Shown piece by piece: positions 39,064 to 48,976 of a stretch of DNA of 64,000 nt (positions are counted from its first letter, which is position 1; every line of letters starts with the position of its first letter). Both the position numbers and the translations under genes were made by a program. This DNA is from Agrococcus sp. (lineage in GTDB: Bacteria > Actinomycetota > Actinomycetes > Actinomycetales > Microbacteriaceae), in the NCBI GenBank assembly GCA_035704865.1, contig DASSWM010000218.1:32-64031 (forward strand), read 5' to 3'. Under the pieces are notes generated by a model. That model ran no database searches. It saw only the letters and a program-made list of their open reading frames with translations, and was not told the origin of the DNA.

Positions 39064-40224
39064 TTGCCCGACCTCATCCAGACCCTGATCCTGCTCGGCA
39101 TCGCGGCGGGCATCGCTGTGGCCGCCGCGGTCATCGCGAGCCTCGCGCTGCAGGGCATGACCGTCGCGACGACCCGCTCGCGCGAGCGCAGAGCCGCCGT
39201 GCGCCAGCAGCTGCGCTGGCCGGTCGCCGCCCTGGCCTTCGTGGTCGCGCTCGCGCTCGCCGGCTCCGCCAACGGCCTCGTCGCCGCGCTCGGGGACGGC
39301 GGCGCCGTGGCCGCGCACGTCGCGCTGCTGCTCGTCATCGCGGTCGCTGCGTGGCTCGGCGTGCGCCTGCTGCGGGTCGCCGGCGACGCGGTGATCGCGC
39401 GGTTCGCGAGCGCGCACGGCGATCGGCGGGCGCGCAAGGTGCGCACGCAGGTCGAGGTGCTGCGCCGCGTGCTCGTGGCGGTCGTGATCGTCATCGCTGT
39501 CGGCATCGCGCTGTTCACGTTCGAGGCCGCGCGCGTGGCGGGCACGAGCCTGCTCGCCTCGGCCGGCCTGGCATCGCTCGTGGCGGGCCTGGCGGCGCAG
39601 TCGGTGCTCGGCAACGTCTTCGCCGGCATCCAGCTCGTCGCCTCCGATGCGATCCGCGTCGACGACGTCGTGGTGGTCGAGGGGGAGTGGGGCACGATCG
39701 AGGAGATCACGCTCACGTACGTGGTCGTGCGGATCTGGGACGACCGCCGGCTCGTGCTGCCCTCCACGCACTTCACCACGACGCCGTTCGAGAACTGGAC
39801 GCGCACGTCGAGCGAGGTGATGGGCGCGGTCGAGCTCGATGTCGACTGGCGCGTCCCGGTCGGCGCGATGCGCGTCGAGCTCGCGCGCGTGCTCGAGGGC
39901 GCCGACGCGTGGGACGGCAACGTGCAGGTGCTGCAGGTGTACGACGCCGTCGGCGGCTTCGTGCGGCTGCGGGTGCTCGTCAGCGCGGTCGACGGCCTGC
40001 AGCTCGCCGACCTGCGCTACCTCGTGCGCGAGCGGCTGGTCGAGTGGCTGCGAGCGCACCACCCCGAGGCGCTGCCGCGGCAGCGGCTGGAGCTGCAGGA
40101 GCCGTCGACGCGCCCTGTCGCCGATGCCGACGAGCCGCAGGGGCTCTTCACGGGCGACGCCGAGGCCGAGTCGCGGCGGGAGGATCTCCTGCACGCGGGC
40201 GACGCGGTCGACGCGGGACGCTGA
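39064..40224 (+). CDS. Small-conductance mechanosensitive channel (MscS family)
   Basis: 'LLASAG..GLAAQ..LGN.FAG', 'GTIEEITLTY', 'WDDRRL..P', 'FENWTR'. Confidence 0.9.
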   Translation: MPDLIQTLILLGIAAGIAVAAAVIASLALQGMTVATTRSRERRAAVRQQLRWPVAALAFVVALALAGSANGLVAALGDGGAVAAHVALLLVIAVAAWLGVRLLRVAGDAVIARFASAHGDRRARKVRTQVEVLRRVLVAVVIVIAVGIALFTFEAARVAGTSLLASAGLASLVAGLAAQSVLGNVFAGIQLVASDAIRVDDVVVVEGEWGTIEEITLTYVVVRIWDDRRLVLPSTHFTTTPFENWTRTSSEVMGAVELDVDWRVPVGAMRVELARVLEGADAWDGNVQVLQVYDAVGGFVRLRVLVSAVDGLQLADLRYLVRERLVEWLRAHHPEALPRQRLELQEPSTRPVADADEPQGLFTGDAEAESRREDLLHAGDAVDAGR

Positions 40225-40251
40225 GGACGGCCGGGCGCGCGGAGACGCGCG

Positions 40252-40280
40252 GGCGCCCTCCGAGTCGCTCGGAGGGCGCC
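40252..40280. terminator. Bidirectional hairpin
   Basis: ggcgccctccgag-tcg-ctcggagggcgcc, 13-bp stem between convergent mscS and gnd. Confidence 0.7.
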
Positions 40281-40302
40281 TGCGCTCGACGCGGCGTCGG
40301 CG

Positions 40303-41745
40303 TCAGTGCGTGTCGGTCGCCGCGACCTCGGTGCGGTCGCCCGACCACTGCGTGTGGAAGGTGCCCTCGCGATCGACGCGGCGGTAGGTGTGGGCGCCGA
40401 AGAAGTCGCGCTGGCCCTGCACGAGCGCGGCAGGCAGCCGCTCGGCGCGCAGGCCGTCGTAGTACGAGAGGCTCGAGGAGAACGCCGGGCTCGGGATGCC
40501 CGCCTTGGCGGCCGCGACGACGACGCGGCGCCACGCCTCCTGCGTCGACGCGATCGCGTCGCGGAAGTAGGGGGCGAGGATGAGCGCAGGCAGCTCGGGG
40601 TCGGCGGCGTAGGCGTCGGTGATGTCGTTGAGGAACCGGGCGCGGATGATGCAGCCGGCGCGCCAGATGCGCGCGACCTCGCCCTTCTGGATGTCCCAGT
40701 CGTGCTCCTCGGCGGCCGCGACGATCTCGTCGAAGCCCTGCGAGTACGCGACGATCTTCGACGCGAACAGAGCCTTCCGCACATCCTCGATGAACGCATC
40801 CGCGTCATCGACCTGCCACGCCTCTGCCGGCCCCGGCAGGTCGGTCGCGGCGGCGCGCTGCGCGAGCTTCGAGGAGAGCGAGCGGGCGAAGACCGCCTCG
40901 GCGATGCCCGAGACGGGCACGCCCAGGTCGAGCGCGGTCTGCACCGTCCAGGCGCCGGTGCCCTTCGCACCCGCGGCGTCGAGGACGACGTCGACGAGCG
41001 GCTTGCCGGTGGCGGCGTCGACCTGCCGCAGCACCTCGGCGGTGATCTCGATGAGGTAGGACTCGAGCTCGCCCCGGTTCCACTCCTCGAACACGTCGGC
41101 GATCTCGGACGGCGTCTTGCCCGTGCCGCGGCGGATGAGGTCGTAGGCCTCGGCGATGAGCTGCATGTCGGCGTACTCGATGCCGTTGTGCACCATCTTC
41201 ACGAAGTGGCCGGCGCCGTCGGTGCCGATGTGCGTCACGCACGGCTCGCCGTCGGCGACCGCCGCGATCGAGCGCAGGATCGGGCCGAGCGTCTCGTACG
41301 ACTCGACCGTGCCGCCGGGCATGAGCGAGGGGCCGTTGAGCGCGCCCTCCTCGCCGCCGGAGATGCCGCAGCCGACGAAGTGGATGCCGGTCTCGCGCAC
41401 GGCGGCCTCGCGGCGGATCGTGTCGGTGAACAGCGCGTTTCCGCCGTCGACGATGATGTCGCCCGGCTCGAAGACGCTCACGAGCTCGTCGATGACGGCG
41501 TCGGTGGCCTTGCCGGCCTTCACCATGATGATCGCGGTGCGCGGCGTCTGCAGGCTGTCGGCGAGCTCCTGCATCGTCGCTGCCTTGACGAAGCCGGCCT
41601 CGGGATGCGCGGCGATGAGGTCGTCGGTCTTGGACGTCGTGCGGTTGTACACGGCGACGGTGTTGCCCTCGCGGCTGGCGAGGTTGCGGGCGAGGTTCGA
41701 GCCCATCACGGCGAGGCCGACGACGGCGATGTTGGCGTGGGTCAC
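40303..41745 (-). CDS. gndA: 6-phosphogluconate dehydrogenase (NADP, decarboxylating)
   Basis: 'GLAVMG', 'SGGEEGA', 'KMVHNGIEY', 'KGTG', 'QRDFFGAHTY'. Confidence 0.96.
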   Translation of the reverse strand: MTHANIAVVGLAVMGSNLARNLASREGNTVAVYNRTTSKTDDLIAAHPEAGFVKAATMQELADSLQTPRTAIIMVKAGKATDAVIDELVSVFEPGDIIVDGGNALFTDTIRREAAVRETGIHFVGCGISGGEEGALNGPSLMPGGTVESYETLGPILRSIAAVADGEPCVTHIGTDGAGHFVKMVHNGIEYADMQLIAEAYDLIRRGTGKTPSEIADVFEEWNRGELESYLIEITAEVLRQVDAATGKPLVDVVLDAAGAKGTGAWTVQTALDLGVPVSGIAEAVFARSLSSKLAQRAAATDLPGPAEAWQVDDADAFIEDVRKALFASKIVAYSQGFDEIVAAAEEHDWDIQKGEVARIWRAGCIIRARFLNDITDAYAADPELPALILAPYFRDAIASTQEAWRRVVVAAAKAGIPSPAFSSSLSYYDGLRAERLPAALVQGQRDFFGAHTYRRVDREGTFHTQWSGDRTEVAATDTH

Positions 41746-41821
41746 GATGGTCCTCCTGGACGGTCGGGGTCTGGGATCAGGCTAGTCAGCACGGGATGCA
41801 GGCGGCGGCTCTCGGTCTCGC

Positions 41822-42703
41822 CTACCGCTCGGCGATGGCCCTGCGGGCGACGACGATGTCGCGCTCGCCGTGGCCGCGCTCGACGATCTCGTCGAAGAAC
41901 GCGCGCAGCGTCGGCAGCAGCACGGGACTGGTGCCGGTCGCGGCGGCGACATCGGCGGCGAAGCCGAGGTCCTTGATCATGTAGCGAGCGATGCCGGAGG
42001 GCGAGTCGTCGCCCGCGACGAGCTTGTCGCGGCGGCTCGCGAGCAGGTTCGAGCCTGCGTAGCCGCCGCCGAGCAGCGTCCAGAGCGCGTCGAGGTCGAT
42101 GCCCGAGCGCTCGGCGAGCACCGTCGCCTCGCCCAGCGCCGTGATGGTCGCCGAGACGACGAGCTGGTTGCAGGCCTTCGCGACCTCGCCGGCGCCGAGC
42201 GGGCCGAGGTGCACGGGGGTGCCGCACGGCTCGAGCAGCGCCGCAGCGCGCGCGGCGTCGGCGGGCTCGCCGCCGAGCATGATCGAGAGCGTGCCGGCCT
42301 CGGCGCCGTCGACGCCGCCCGAGACGGGGCAGTCGACGACGCGCACGCGGCCGTCGGTCTCGGCCGCGAGCCGCTCGGCGAGCGCGCGCACCGCGGTGGG
42401 CGAGGAGGTCGAGCCGATGAGCAGCAGCAGCGTGCCGTCGCCGATGCCCGCGAGCAGGCCGTCGGGCCCCTCGAGCGCGGCCTCGAGCTCCGGCAGGTCA
42501 GGGAGCATCGAGAGCACCGCGGCGGCGCGCTGCGCGAGCTCGCGCGGCGAGGCCGCCCACTCGGCACCAGCCTCCTCGAGCGCGGGCTTGGGGGAGCGGC
42601 CCGTGATGACCACGCGTCCGCGCGCCGCGAGCCGCCGCACCATCGGGGCGCCCATCGCGCCCAGGCCGATCACTCCGACGACGTCTTCCCGCGCGAGCTC
42701 CAT
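41822..42703 (-). CDS. Beta-hydroxyacid dehydrogenase (3-hydroxyisobutyrate/tartronate semialdehyde reductase family)
   Basis: 'GLGAMG', 'DCPVSGG', 'KACNQ', 'KDL'; TACGCT -10 6 nt upstream of ATG. Confidence 0.88.
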   Translation of the reverse strand: MELAREDVVGVIGLGAMGAPMVRRLAARGRVVITGRSPKPALEEAGAEWAASPRELAQRAAAVLSMLPDLPELEAALEGPDGLLAGIGDGTLLLLIGSTSSPTAVRALAERLAAETDGRVRVVDCPVSGGVDGAEAGTLSIMLGGEPADAARAAALLEPCGTPVHLGPLGAGEVAKACNQLVVSATITALGEATVLAERSGIDLDALWTLLGGGYAGSNLLASRRDKLVAGDDSPSGIARYMIKDLGFAADVAAATGTSPVLLPTLRAFFDEIVERGHGERDIVVARRAIAER

Positions 42704-42800
42704 GGCGCCAGCGTAGCCGCGGCCAACATGCCGTACGGCGTCCATCCGCTTGGTTGCGTCGTAGGGTGGGCGCACCGACACCGACCGCGAGGGAGCGGCC

Positions 42801-43625
42801 ATGCCCCAGGCACCAGCATCCGATCAGGCCATCGATCACGCAGCGCCCGAGCGCGCCGACCGGGATCCGGCGCCCGCCGTCTCCCGCGCTCTGCGCATCC
42901 TCACGCTGCTGGCCGACGCGGATGGCGTGCCGCTCACGCTCAGCGACATCGCGCGGGCGCTCGGGCTCGCGAAGTCATCGACCGCCAACCTCTGCATCTC
43001 GCTGGAGGAGGGCGGCATGATCGAGCGAGAGCCCTCGGGGTTCCGGCTCGGCCGGCGCACCGCAGAGCTCGGCGGCGCCTTCGCGATGCAGTTCAACCAG
43101 GTTCGGGAGTTCTACCGGCTCGCGGCCGCCTCGCCGCAGCTGCACCGCGAGGTGGTGCAGCTCGCGATGCTCGACGGCGCCCACGCGCTCTACCTCGCCC
43201 GGCATGAGGGCCGCTCGCCCTACCGGCTCGGCACGCCGCTCGGCTCGCGACTGCCGGCGGCGCTCAGCGCGACGGGCATGGCGCTGCTCGCCCGGCTCGA
43301 CGACGAGGAGGTGCGCGCGCTGCTCGCGCCCGAGGAGCCCTTCCCGCAGCTCACGCCTGCGAGCATCACGAGCGTCGACGCCCTGCTGCCGCAGCTCGCG
43401 GCGGTGCGCGAGCGCGGCTACGCCGTCGATCGCGGTGCGTCTTTCGGCGGCATCGTCGGCGTCGCGGTGGCGCTCGAGCCGTGGGCGCCGAGCGATCCGC
43501 CGCTCGCGATGGGCGCGGCGCTGCCGGCCGACCGCGTCGACGACGCGCACGTGCAGACGGTGGCGGATGCGCTGGCCGAGCTGGCCGTGCTGCTCACGAA
43601 TCCGCTCGGCGGTCGCTCGGCCTGA
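42801..43625 (+). CDS. IclR family transcriptional regulator
   Basis: 'APAVSRALRIL', HTH 'LSDIARALGLAKSS', 'SATGMALLA', 'VRERGYAVD'. Confidence 0.92.
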   Translation: MPQAPASDQAIDHAAPERADRDPAPAVSRALRILTLLADADGVPLTLSDIARALGLAKSSTANLCISLEEGGMIEREPSGFRLGRRTAELGGAFAMQFNQVREFYRLAAASPQLHREVVQLAMLDGAHALYLARHEGRSPYRLGTPLGSRLPAALSATGMALLARLDDEEVRALLAPEEPFPQLTPASITSVDALLPQLAAVRERGYAVDRGASFGGIVGVAVALEPWAPSDPPLAMGAALPADRVDDAHVQTVADALAELAVLLTNPLGGRSA

Positions 43626-43646
43626 GCGACCGGCGCGCGTCGTCGC

Positions 43647-43685
43647 GTACACAGGGTTGAACACCGTTCAGCCGAGTGGTACCTT
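43647..43685 (+). promoter_or_regulatory. SigA-type promoter with overlapping inverted repeats (probable IclR operator)
   Basis: TTGAAC (43657) - 17 bp - TACCTT (43680) with extended TG; GTACA-N6-TGAAC and TGAAC-acc-GTTCA palindromes. Confidence 0.65.
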
Positions 43686-43730
43686 CGCCGGAAGCAACGA
43701 TGCAACCACGCCTGTCGAGGGAGATGGCCC

Positions 43731-45155
43731 GTGACCGAAACCACCGCGCAGCACCCAGCGCACACCGACGACCCCGAGTACGCCGCGAACCTCCGGCGCG
43801 CGACGCTCGCCTCGAGCGTCGGCAGCGCGCTCGAGTACTTCGACTTCGCGCTCTACGGGCTCTCGTCGGCCCTGATCTTCAACACGCTGTTCTTCTCGAA
43901 CCTCGACCCCGCGATGGGCGTCGTGGCCGCGTTCGCCTCCTTCGGCGTCGGCTTCGCCGCGCGCCCGCTCGGCGGCCTCTTCTTCGGCACCATCGGCGAC
44001 CGGCTCGGCCGCAAGTGGGTGCTCGTCGTGACGATCCTGCTGATGGGCGGCGCCACGACGCTCATCGGCGTGCTGCCCACCTACGAGCAGATCGGCATCT
44101 GGGCGCCCGTGCTGCTCACGCTGCTGCGGCTGGCGCAGGGCTTCGGCGCCGGCGCCGAGCAGGCGGGCGCCACGGTGCTCATGGCCGAGTACTCGCCGGT
44201 GCGGCGCCGCGGCTTCTTCTCGTCGCTGCCCTTCATCGGCATCCAGCTCGGCACGCTCATGGCGGCCGTCGTCTTCTCGATCCTCTCGACGCTGCCCGAG
44301 GACGTCTTCCTCGGCTGGGCATGGCGCGTGCCGTTCCTGCTCTCGTTCGTGCTGATCCTCGTGGCGCTGTTCATCCGCATGCGCCTGCGCGAGACGCCGA
44401 CGTTCATCGAGCTCGAGAAGCACGAGCAGATCGCCGAGCGGCCGATCCGCGAGATCTTCACGAAGGGGCTGCCCGGCGTCGTCGTCGGCATCGGCCTCCG
44501 GATGGCGGAGAACGGCGGCTCGTACATGTTCCAGAACCTCGCGCTCGCGTTCGTCGCGACCGCCGGCACGGGCGCGTTCATCGCGAACCCCATCGACCGC
44601 GGCGTCGCCACGTGGGGCGTCACGATCGGCTCGCTCATCGGCATGGCCGTCATCCCGCTCACCGGGCACCTCTCCGACCGCTTCGGCCGCCGCGCGGTCT
44701 ACCGCTTCGGCGCCGTGTTCATGCTTCTGTACACGTTCCCGGCGTGGTGGCTGCTCTCGCTCGGCAACCCGGCCGTGGTCATCGCCGTGGTCGCGATCGG
44801 CATCGGCATCGCCGTCAACACCATGCTCGGCCCGCAGTGCGCGATGCTGCCCGAGCTGTTCGGCAACCGGCACCGCTACCTCGGCGTCGCGATGGCGCGC
44901 GAGATCTCGGCAGTGCTCGCGGGCGGCCTCGCCGGTGTGCTGGGCGCCTACCTGCTCGCCACCTCCGACGGCAACTGGCTGCTGCCGGCCATCTACATGG
45001 CGACGCTCGCGACCATCACGACCGCGTCGACGTTCCTCGTGCCCGAGACGCAGGGCCGCGACCTGCTGCGGCTCGAGGACGCGGTCAACGTCTCCGGCGC
45101 GGAGGGCTCCGACGCGCGCGCCGAGGCGCACGCGCTCGCCACGGCGCGGCGCTGA
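43731..45155 (+). CDS. MFS transporter, metabolite:H+ symporter (MHS) family
   Basis: 'GSALEYFDF', 'ARPLGG..FG.IGDRLGRK', 'ETPTF', 'SDRFGRR'. Confidence 0.92.
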   Translation: MTETTAQHPAHTDDPEYAANLRRATLASSVGSALEYFDFALYGLSSALIFNTLFFSNLDPAMGVVAAFASFGVGFAARPLGGLFFGTIGDRLGRKWVLVVTILLMGGATTLIGVLPTYEQIGIWAPVLLTLLRLAQGFGAGAEQAGATVLMAEYSPVRRRGFFSSLPFIGIQLGTLMAAVVFSILSTLPEDVFLGWAWRVPFLLSFVLILVALFIRMRLRETPTFIELEKHEQIAERPIREIFTKGLPGVVVGIGLRMAENGGSYMFQNLALAFVATAGTGAFIANPIDRGVATWGVTIGSLIGMAVIPLTGHLSDRFGRRAVYRFGAVFMLLYTFPAWWLLSLGNPAVVIAVVAIGIGIAVNTMLGPQCAMLPELFGNRHRYLGVAMAREISAVLAGGLAGVLGAYLLATSDGNWLLPAIYMATLATITTASTFLVPETQGRDLLRLEDAVNVSGAEGSDARAEAHALATARR

Positions 45156-45943
45156 TGCGCCTCGCCCGCATCGCCCTCGGGGCGCGCGTCGTGCACGCGC
45201 GCCCCGTCGGCGCCCTGGGAGCCGACGGGCTGCCGGAGGCATGGATGCCGGTCGCAGACCCGTACGCGGCGCTGGCGAGCGGCCCCGCGCCCGCCGACGC
45301 CGCCGACGCGCCGGTGCCCGCGTCGTCGCATGCGCTCCTGCCGCCGGCCGCCCCGACCGTGCTCGTCGGCATCGCGCAGAACCGCGGCGCCGGCGACCAT
45401 CCGCTGCCCGTGCAGGCGTGGCTCAAGAGCCCCCGCACCGTGGTCGCCCACGGCGAGCCCGTGCACGTGCGCCGCGACGCCGGCCGCCTCGTGGTCGAGG
45501 CGGAGATCGCGCTCGTCATCGGCCGCGACACGGGCGATCCCACGGCGCCCGCGCTCACGGAGGCGAACGCGCACGAGTTCGTGCTCGGCGTCACGGCCGT
45601 CAACGACATCTCCTACCCCGACCGGGCCGAGCTCGACGTGCGCAACTTCGAGTCGAAGGGCGGCGACGGCTCGACGCCGCTCGGTCCCTGGATCGACACC
45701 GACGCATCCATCGACGAGCTCGCCCTCGCCCTCGAGATCGACGGCGACCGCGTTCGCGACACGAGCGCCCAGGCGATGCCCGTGCCCGTGCGCGAGTCGC
45801 TCGCCTACGTCGCCCGCTGGGTGCGGCTCGGACCGGGCGACGTCGTCATGGCCGGCGCCCCGCACTCGAACCACGACGCGGCGCCGGGCCAGACGGCTGC
45901 CGTCATCGTGGGCGACATGCGCCTCGAGACGCCGTTGCGCTGA
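45155..45943 (+). CDS. Fumarylacetoacetate hydrolase family protein
   Basis: 'EAEIALVIG', 'NDIS', 'K..D..TPLGPW', 'LGPGDVV'; TGATG coupling. Confidence 0.85.
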   Translation: MRLARIALGARVVHARPVGALGADGLPEAWMPVADPYAALASGPAPADAADAPVPASSHALLPPAAPTVLVGIAQNRGAGDHPLPVQAWLKSPRTVVAHGEPVHVRRDAGRLVVEAEIALVIGRDTGDPTAPALTEANAHEFVLGVTAVNDISYPDRAELDVRNFESKGGDGSTPLGPWIDTDASIDELALALEIDGDRVRDTSAQAMPVPVRESLAYVARWVRLGPGDVVMAGAPHSNHDAAPGQTAAVIVGDMRLETPLR

Positions 45944-45987
45944 GCCCGCCGCGCTGAGCCGCCTGCGCTGACCCCCTGCGCTGAGCA
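45937..45987. repeat. 4 tandem copies of a 13-14-bp unit containing gcgctga
   Basis: gcgctga at 45937, 45951, 45965 and 45978; first copy includes the FAH stop codon. Confidence 0.7.
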
Positions 45988-46039
45988 TGCCGGGTGCGGG
46001 CCCGGCCCCATCGATAGCCTGAGACAGAAGGAGACGCCC

Positions 46040-47095
46040 ATGCACGAGCACACCCTGAAGGTCGCCGTCGCGGTCAGCCTCGACGACGCATCCGCCGCCC
46101 TCATCACCGAGGCAGAGCCCCGCATCGAGCTGCTGCGCGACCCGGCCCTCACGCGGCCGTGGCGCTGGCAGGGCGACTGGGAGGGCGAGCCCGACTGGCA
46201 GCGCACGCCCGAGCAGCAGGCCGCCTTCGAGGCGATGCTCGATCGGGCGGATGCGCTGTTCGGCATCCCGGACGTCGACCCGGCCGCGCTCGCCCGCGCC
46301 GTGCGCGCCAACGAGGGCCTGCGCTGGGTGCACACGACCGCTGCCGGCGGCGGCGGCCAGGTGAAGGCCGCGCAGCTCACGCAGGAGGAGCTCGAGCGAG
46401 TCACCGTCACGACGAGCGCCGGCATGCACGCCTCGACGCTCGCCGAGTGGGCCGTGTTCGGCGTGCTCGCGGGCGCGAAGGGGCTGCGCCGGCTCGAGGC
46501 CGACCAGGCAGCGCGCACGTGGGGCGACGGCCGCCGCATCATGCGCCACGTGAGCGAGATGACGGTGCTCGTGGTGGGCCTGGGCGGCATCGGCAAGGTC
46601 GTCGCCGAGCGGTTCTCGGCCCTCGGCGCGACCGTGTGGGGCACGACGCGGCGCGGCGAGCCCGTCGAGCACGTCGACCGCCTCGTGCACATCGACGACC
46701 TCGTCGAAGCGGCGAGCCAGGTCGACGCGATCGTCACGACGCTGCCCGGCACCGCGCACACGCTCGGGCTCATCGGCGCCGACGTGCTGGGCGCCGTGCG
46801 CGACGACACCATCCTCGTCAACGTCGGCCGCGGCGCCGTCGTCGACGAGCCGGCGCTGCTCGAGGCGCTCGACGCCGGCCGCATCGGCTTCGCCGCGCTC
46901 GACGTCACCGCGATCGAGCCGCTGCCGGACGACTCGCCCCTCTGGGCGCACCCGAGCGTGCTGCTGAGCCCCCACACGGCGGCGCTGTCGACGCAGGAGC
47001 CGCGCCGCATCGCCGAGCTCTTCGCCGCGAACGCGACGCGGCTGCTCGACGGCCAGCCGATGCAGAACGTCATGAGCACGAAGGAGTTCTACTGA
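46040..47095 (+). CDS. D-2-hydroxyacid dehydrogenase
   Basis: 'GLGGIG', 'NVGRGAVVDE', 'LDV...EPL', 'SPHTA'. Confidence 0.9.
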   Translation: MHEHTLKVAVAVSLDDASAALITEAEPRIELLRDPALTRPWRWQGDWEGEPDWQRTPEQQAAFEAMLDRADALFGIPDVDPAALARAVRANEGLRWVHTTAAGGGGQVKAAQLTQEELERVTVTTSAGMHASTLAEWAVFGVLAGAKGLRRLEADQAARTWGDGRRIMRHVSEMTVLVVGLGGIGKVVAERFSALGATVWGTTRRGEPVEHVDRLVHIDDLVEAASQVDAIVTTLPGTAHTLGLIGADVLGAVRDDTILVNVGRGAVVDEPALLEALDAGRIGFAALDVTAIEPLPDDSPLWAHPSVLLSPHTAALSTQEPRRIAELFAANATRLLDGQPMQNVMSTKEFY

Positions 47096-47886
47096 TGGCC
47101 GCCGCTCCGGCTGCCACCGGCACCGCGCTGTTCGACCTCACGGGCCGCACGGCCCTTGTCACCGGCTCGAGCCAGGGCATCGGCCGCGCGCTCGCGCAGG
47201 GCCTCGCCGAGGCTGGCGCGACGGTCGTCGTGCACGGCCGCGACGCTGCCAAGGCCGAGCGCGCCGCGGCCGAGATCGCCGAGTCGACCGGCCGCGAGGC
47301 GCACGTCGCGCTCTTCGACGTGACGGATGCGTCGGCCGTCGACGCCGGGGTCGCCGACGTCGAGGCGCGGCTCGGCACGCCCGACATCCTCGTCAACAAC
47401 GCCGGCGTCCAGCGGCGCAATCCGATCGCGGAGTTCACCGACGAGGACTGGCACGACCTCGTCGCGACCAATCTCACGAGCGCCTTCCTGCTCTCGCGCC
47501 GCGTCGCGCGCGGCATGATCGAGCGCGGCTCGGGCCGCATCGTCTCGATCGGCTCGGTGCAGTCGCAGCTCGCGCGCCCCTCGATCGCGCCCTACAGCGC
47601 CACGAAGGGCGCCATCGTCATGCTCACGAAGGGGCTGTGCGCCGACCTCGCGCCGCACGGCATCAGCGTCAACGCGCTCGCGCCCGGCTACTTCGCGACC
47701 GAGCTCACCCAGAAGCTCGTCGACGACCCCGAGTTCTCCGCCTGGGTCGCGCAGCGCACCCCCGCGGGCCGCTGGGGGAGGGTCGAGGACCTCGTCGGCA
47801 CGCTCGTGTTCCTCGCGAGCGATGCGAGCGCCTTCGTGAACGGCCAGACGATCTACGTCGACGGCGGCATGACCGCCGTCGTCTGA
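47095..47886 (+). CDS. idnO: Gluconate 5-dehydrogenase (IdnO/Gno-like SDR)
   Basis: 'FDLTGRTALVTGSSQGIG', 'SVQSQLARPSIAPYSATKG', 'PGYFATEL', 'RTPAGRWG'. Confidence 0.85.
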   Translation: MAAAPAATGTALFDLTGRTALVTGSSQGIGRALAQGLAEAGATVVVHGRDAAKAERAAAEIAESTGREAHVALFDVTDASAVDAGVADVEARLGTPDILVNNAGVQRRNPIAEFTDEDWHDLVATNLTSAFLLSRRVARGMIERGSGRIVSIGSVQSQLARPSIAPYSATKGAIVMLTKGLCADLAPHGISVNALAPGYFATELTQKLVDDPEFSAWVAQRTPAGRWGRVEDLVGTLVFLASDASAFVNGQTIYVDGGMTAVV

Positions 47887-47914
47887 CCCCAGCACCGCAG
47901 GACAGGAGCAGCCG

Positions 47915-48976
47915 ATGACCGTCAACCTCGCGCTCGTCGCCCACGCCAAGGAGGACGTCCGCGTCGACGTCCTGCCCGAGCCAGAGCCCGCCGCCGACGA
48001 GGCGGTCGTCGCGATCGCCTACGGCGGCATCTGCGGCTCCGACCTGCACTACTGGCTGCACGGCGCGGCCGGCCAGTCGATCCTGCGCGAGCCCATGGTG
48101 CTCGGGCACGAGATCGTCGGCACGGTGCTCACCGCGGCCGCCGACGGCAGCGGACCGGCAGCCGGAGCGCGCGTGGCCGTGCACCCCGCGACCGAGGTCG
48201 ACGACGGGTCGGCACCGTACCCATCCGATCGCCCCAACCTCAGCCCCGCCGGCACGTACCTCGGCTCCGCCGCCCGCATGCCGCACACGCACGGCGCGTT
48301 CGCGAGCCGCGTCGCGCTGCCGAGCCGCATGCTGCGCGCCGTGCCCGACGGCCTCGACCTTCGCTTCGCGGCGCTCGCCGAGCCCGCGGCCGTCGCGTGG
48401 CACGGCGTCGGCCAGGCGGGCGACGTGGCGGGCAAGCGCGTGCTCGTGATCGGCGCCGGCCCCATCGGCGCCCTCGCGATCGCCGTCGCGCGCCATCACG
48501 GGGCGGCCGAGATCGTCGCGACCGACCTGCATGAGCACCCGCGGGCGCTCGCCGAGCGGCTCGGCGCACGCGCGATGGACGCGACGGATGCGGCGGGCAT
48601 CGCCGCCGTGCACGCCGACGTCGTCATCGAGTCGTCGGGCACCGTGCCGGGCCTCGCCGCCGCCATCAGCGGCGCTCGCCGCGGCGGCACCGTCGTCATG
48701 CTGGGGCTGCAGCGCGCCGGCGACGTCGCGGTGCCGATGGCGAGCGCCATCACGCGCGAGCTCACGCTCGTCGGCTCGTTCCGCTTCAACGACGAGCTCG
48801 ACGACGTGCTCGCGGCACTCGCGGACGGCTCGCTCGACGCGGCCGCCGTCATCAGCCACGAGCTCCCGATCGGCGACGGCCTGCGCGCCCTCGAGCTCGC
48901 GCGCGACGCATCCGTATCCTCGAAGGTGCTGCTGAGGTTCGACGCGGCCGAGGGCGATGGAGGAGTGGGACGATGA
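47915..48976 (+). CDS. idnD: L-idonate 5-dehydrogenase-like Zn alcohol dehydrogenase
   Basis: 'GGICGSDLHY', 'LGHE', 'GSAARMPH..GAF', 'GAGPIG', 'GSFRF'. Confidence 0.82.
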   Translation: MTVNLALVAHAKEDVRVDVLPEPEPAADEAVVAIAYGGICGSDLHYWLHGAAGQSILREPMVLGHEIVGTVLTAAADGSGPAAGARVAVHPATEVDDGSAPYPSDRPNLSPAGTYLGSAARMPHTHGAFASRVALPSRMLRAVPDGLDLRFAALAEPAAVAWHGVGQAGDVAGKRVLVIGAGPIGALAIAVARHHGAAEIVATDLHEHPRALAERLGARAMDATDAAGIAAVHADVVIESSGTVPGLAAAISGARRGGTVVMLGLQRAGDVAVPMASAITRELTLVGSFRFNDELDDVLAALADGSLDAAAVISHELPIGDGLRALELARDASVSSKVLLRFDAAEGDGGVGR

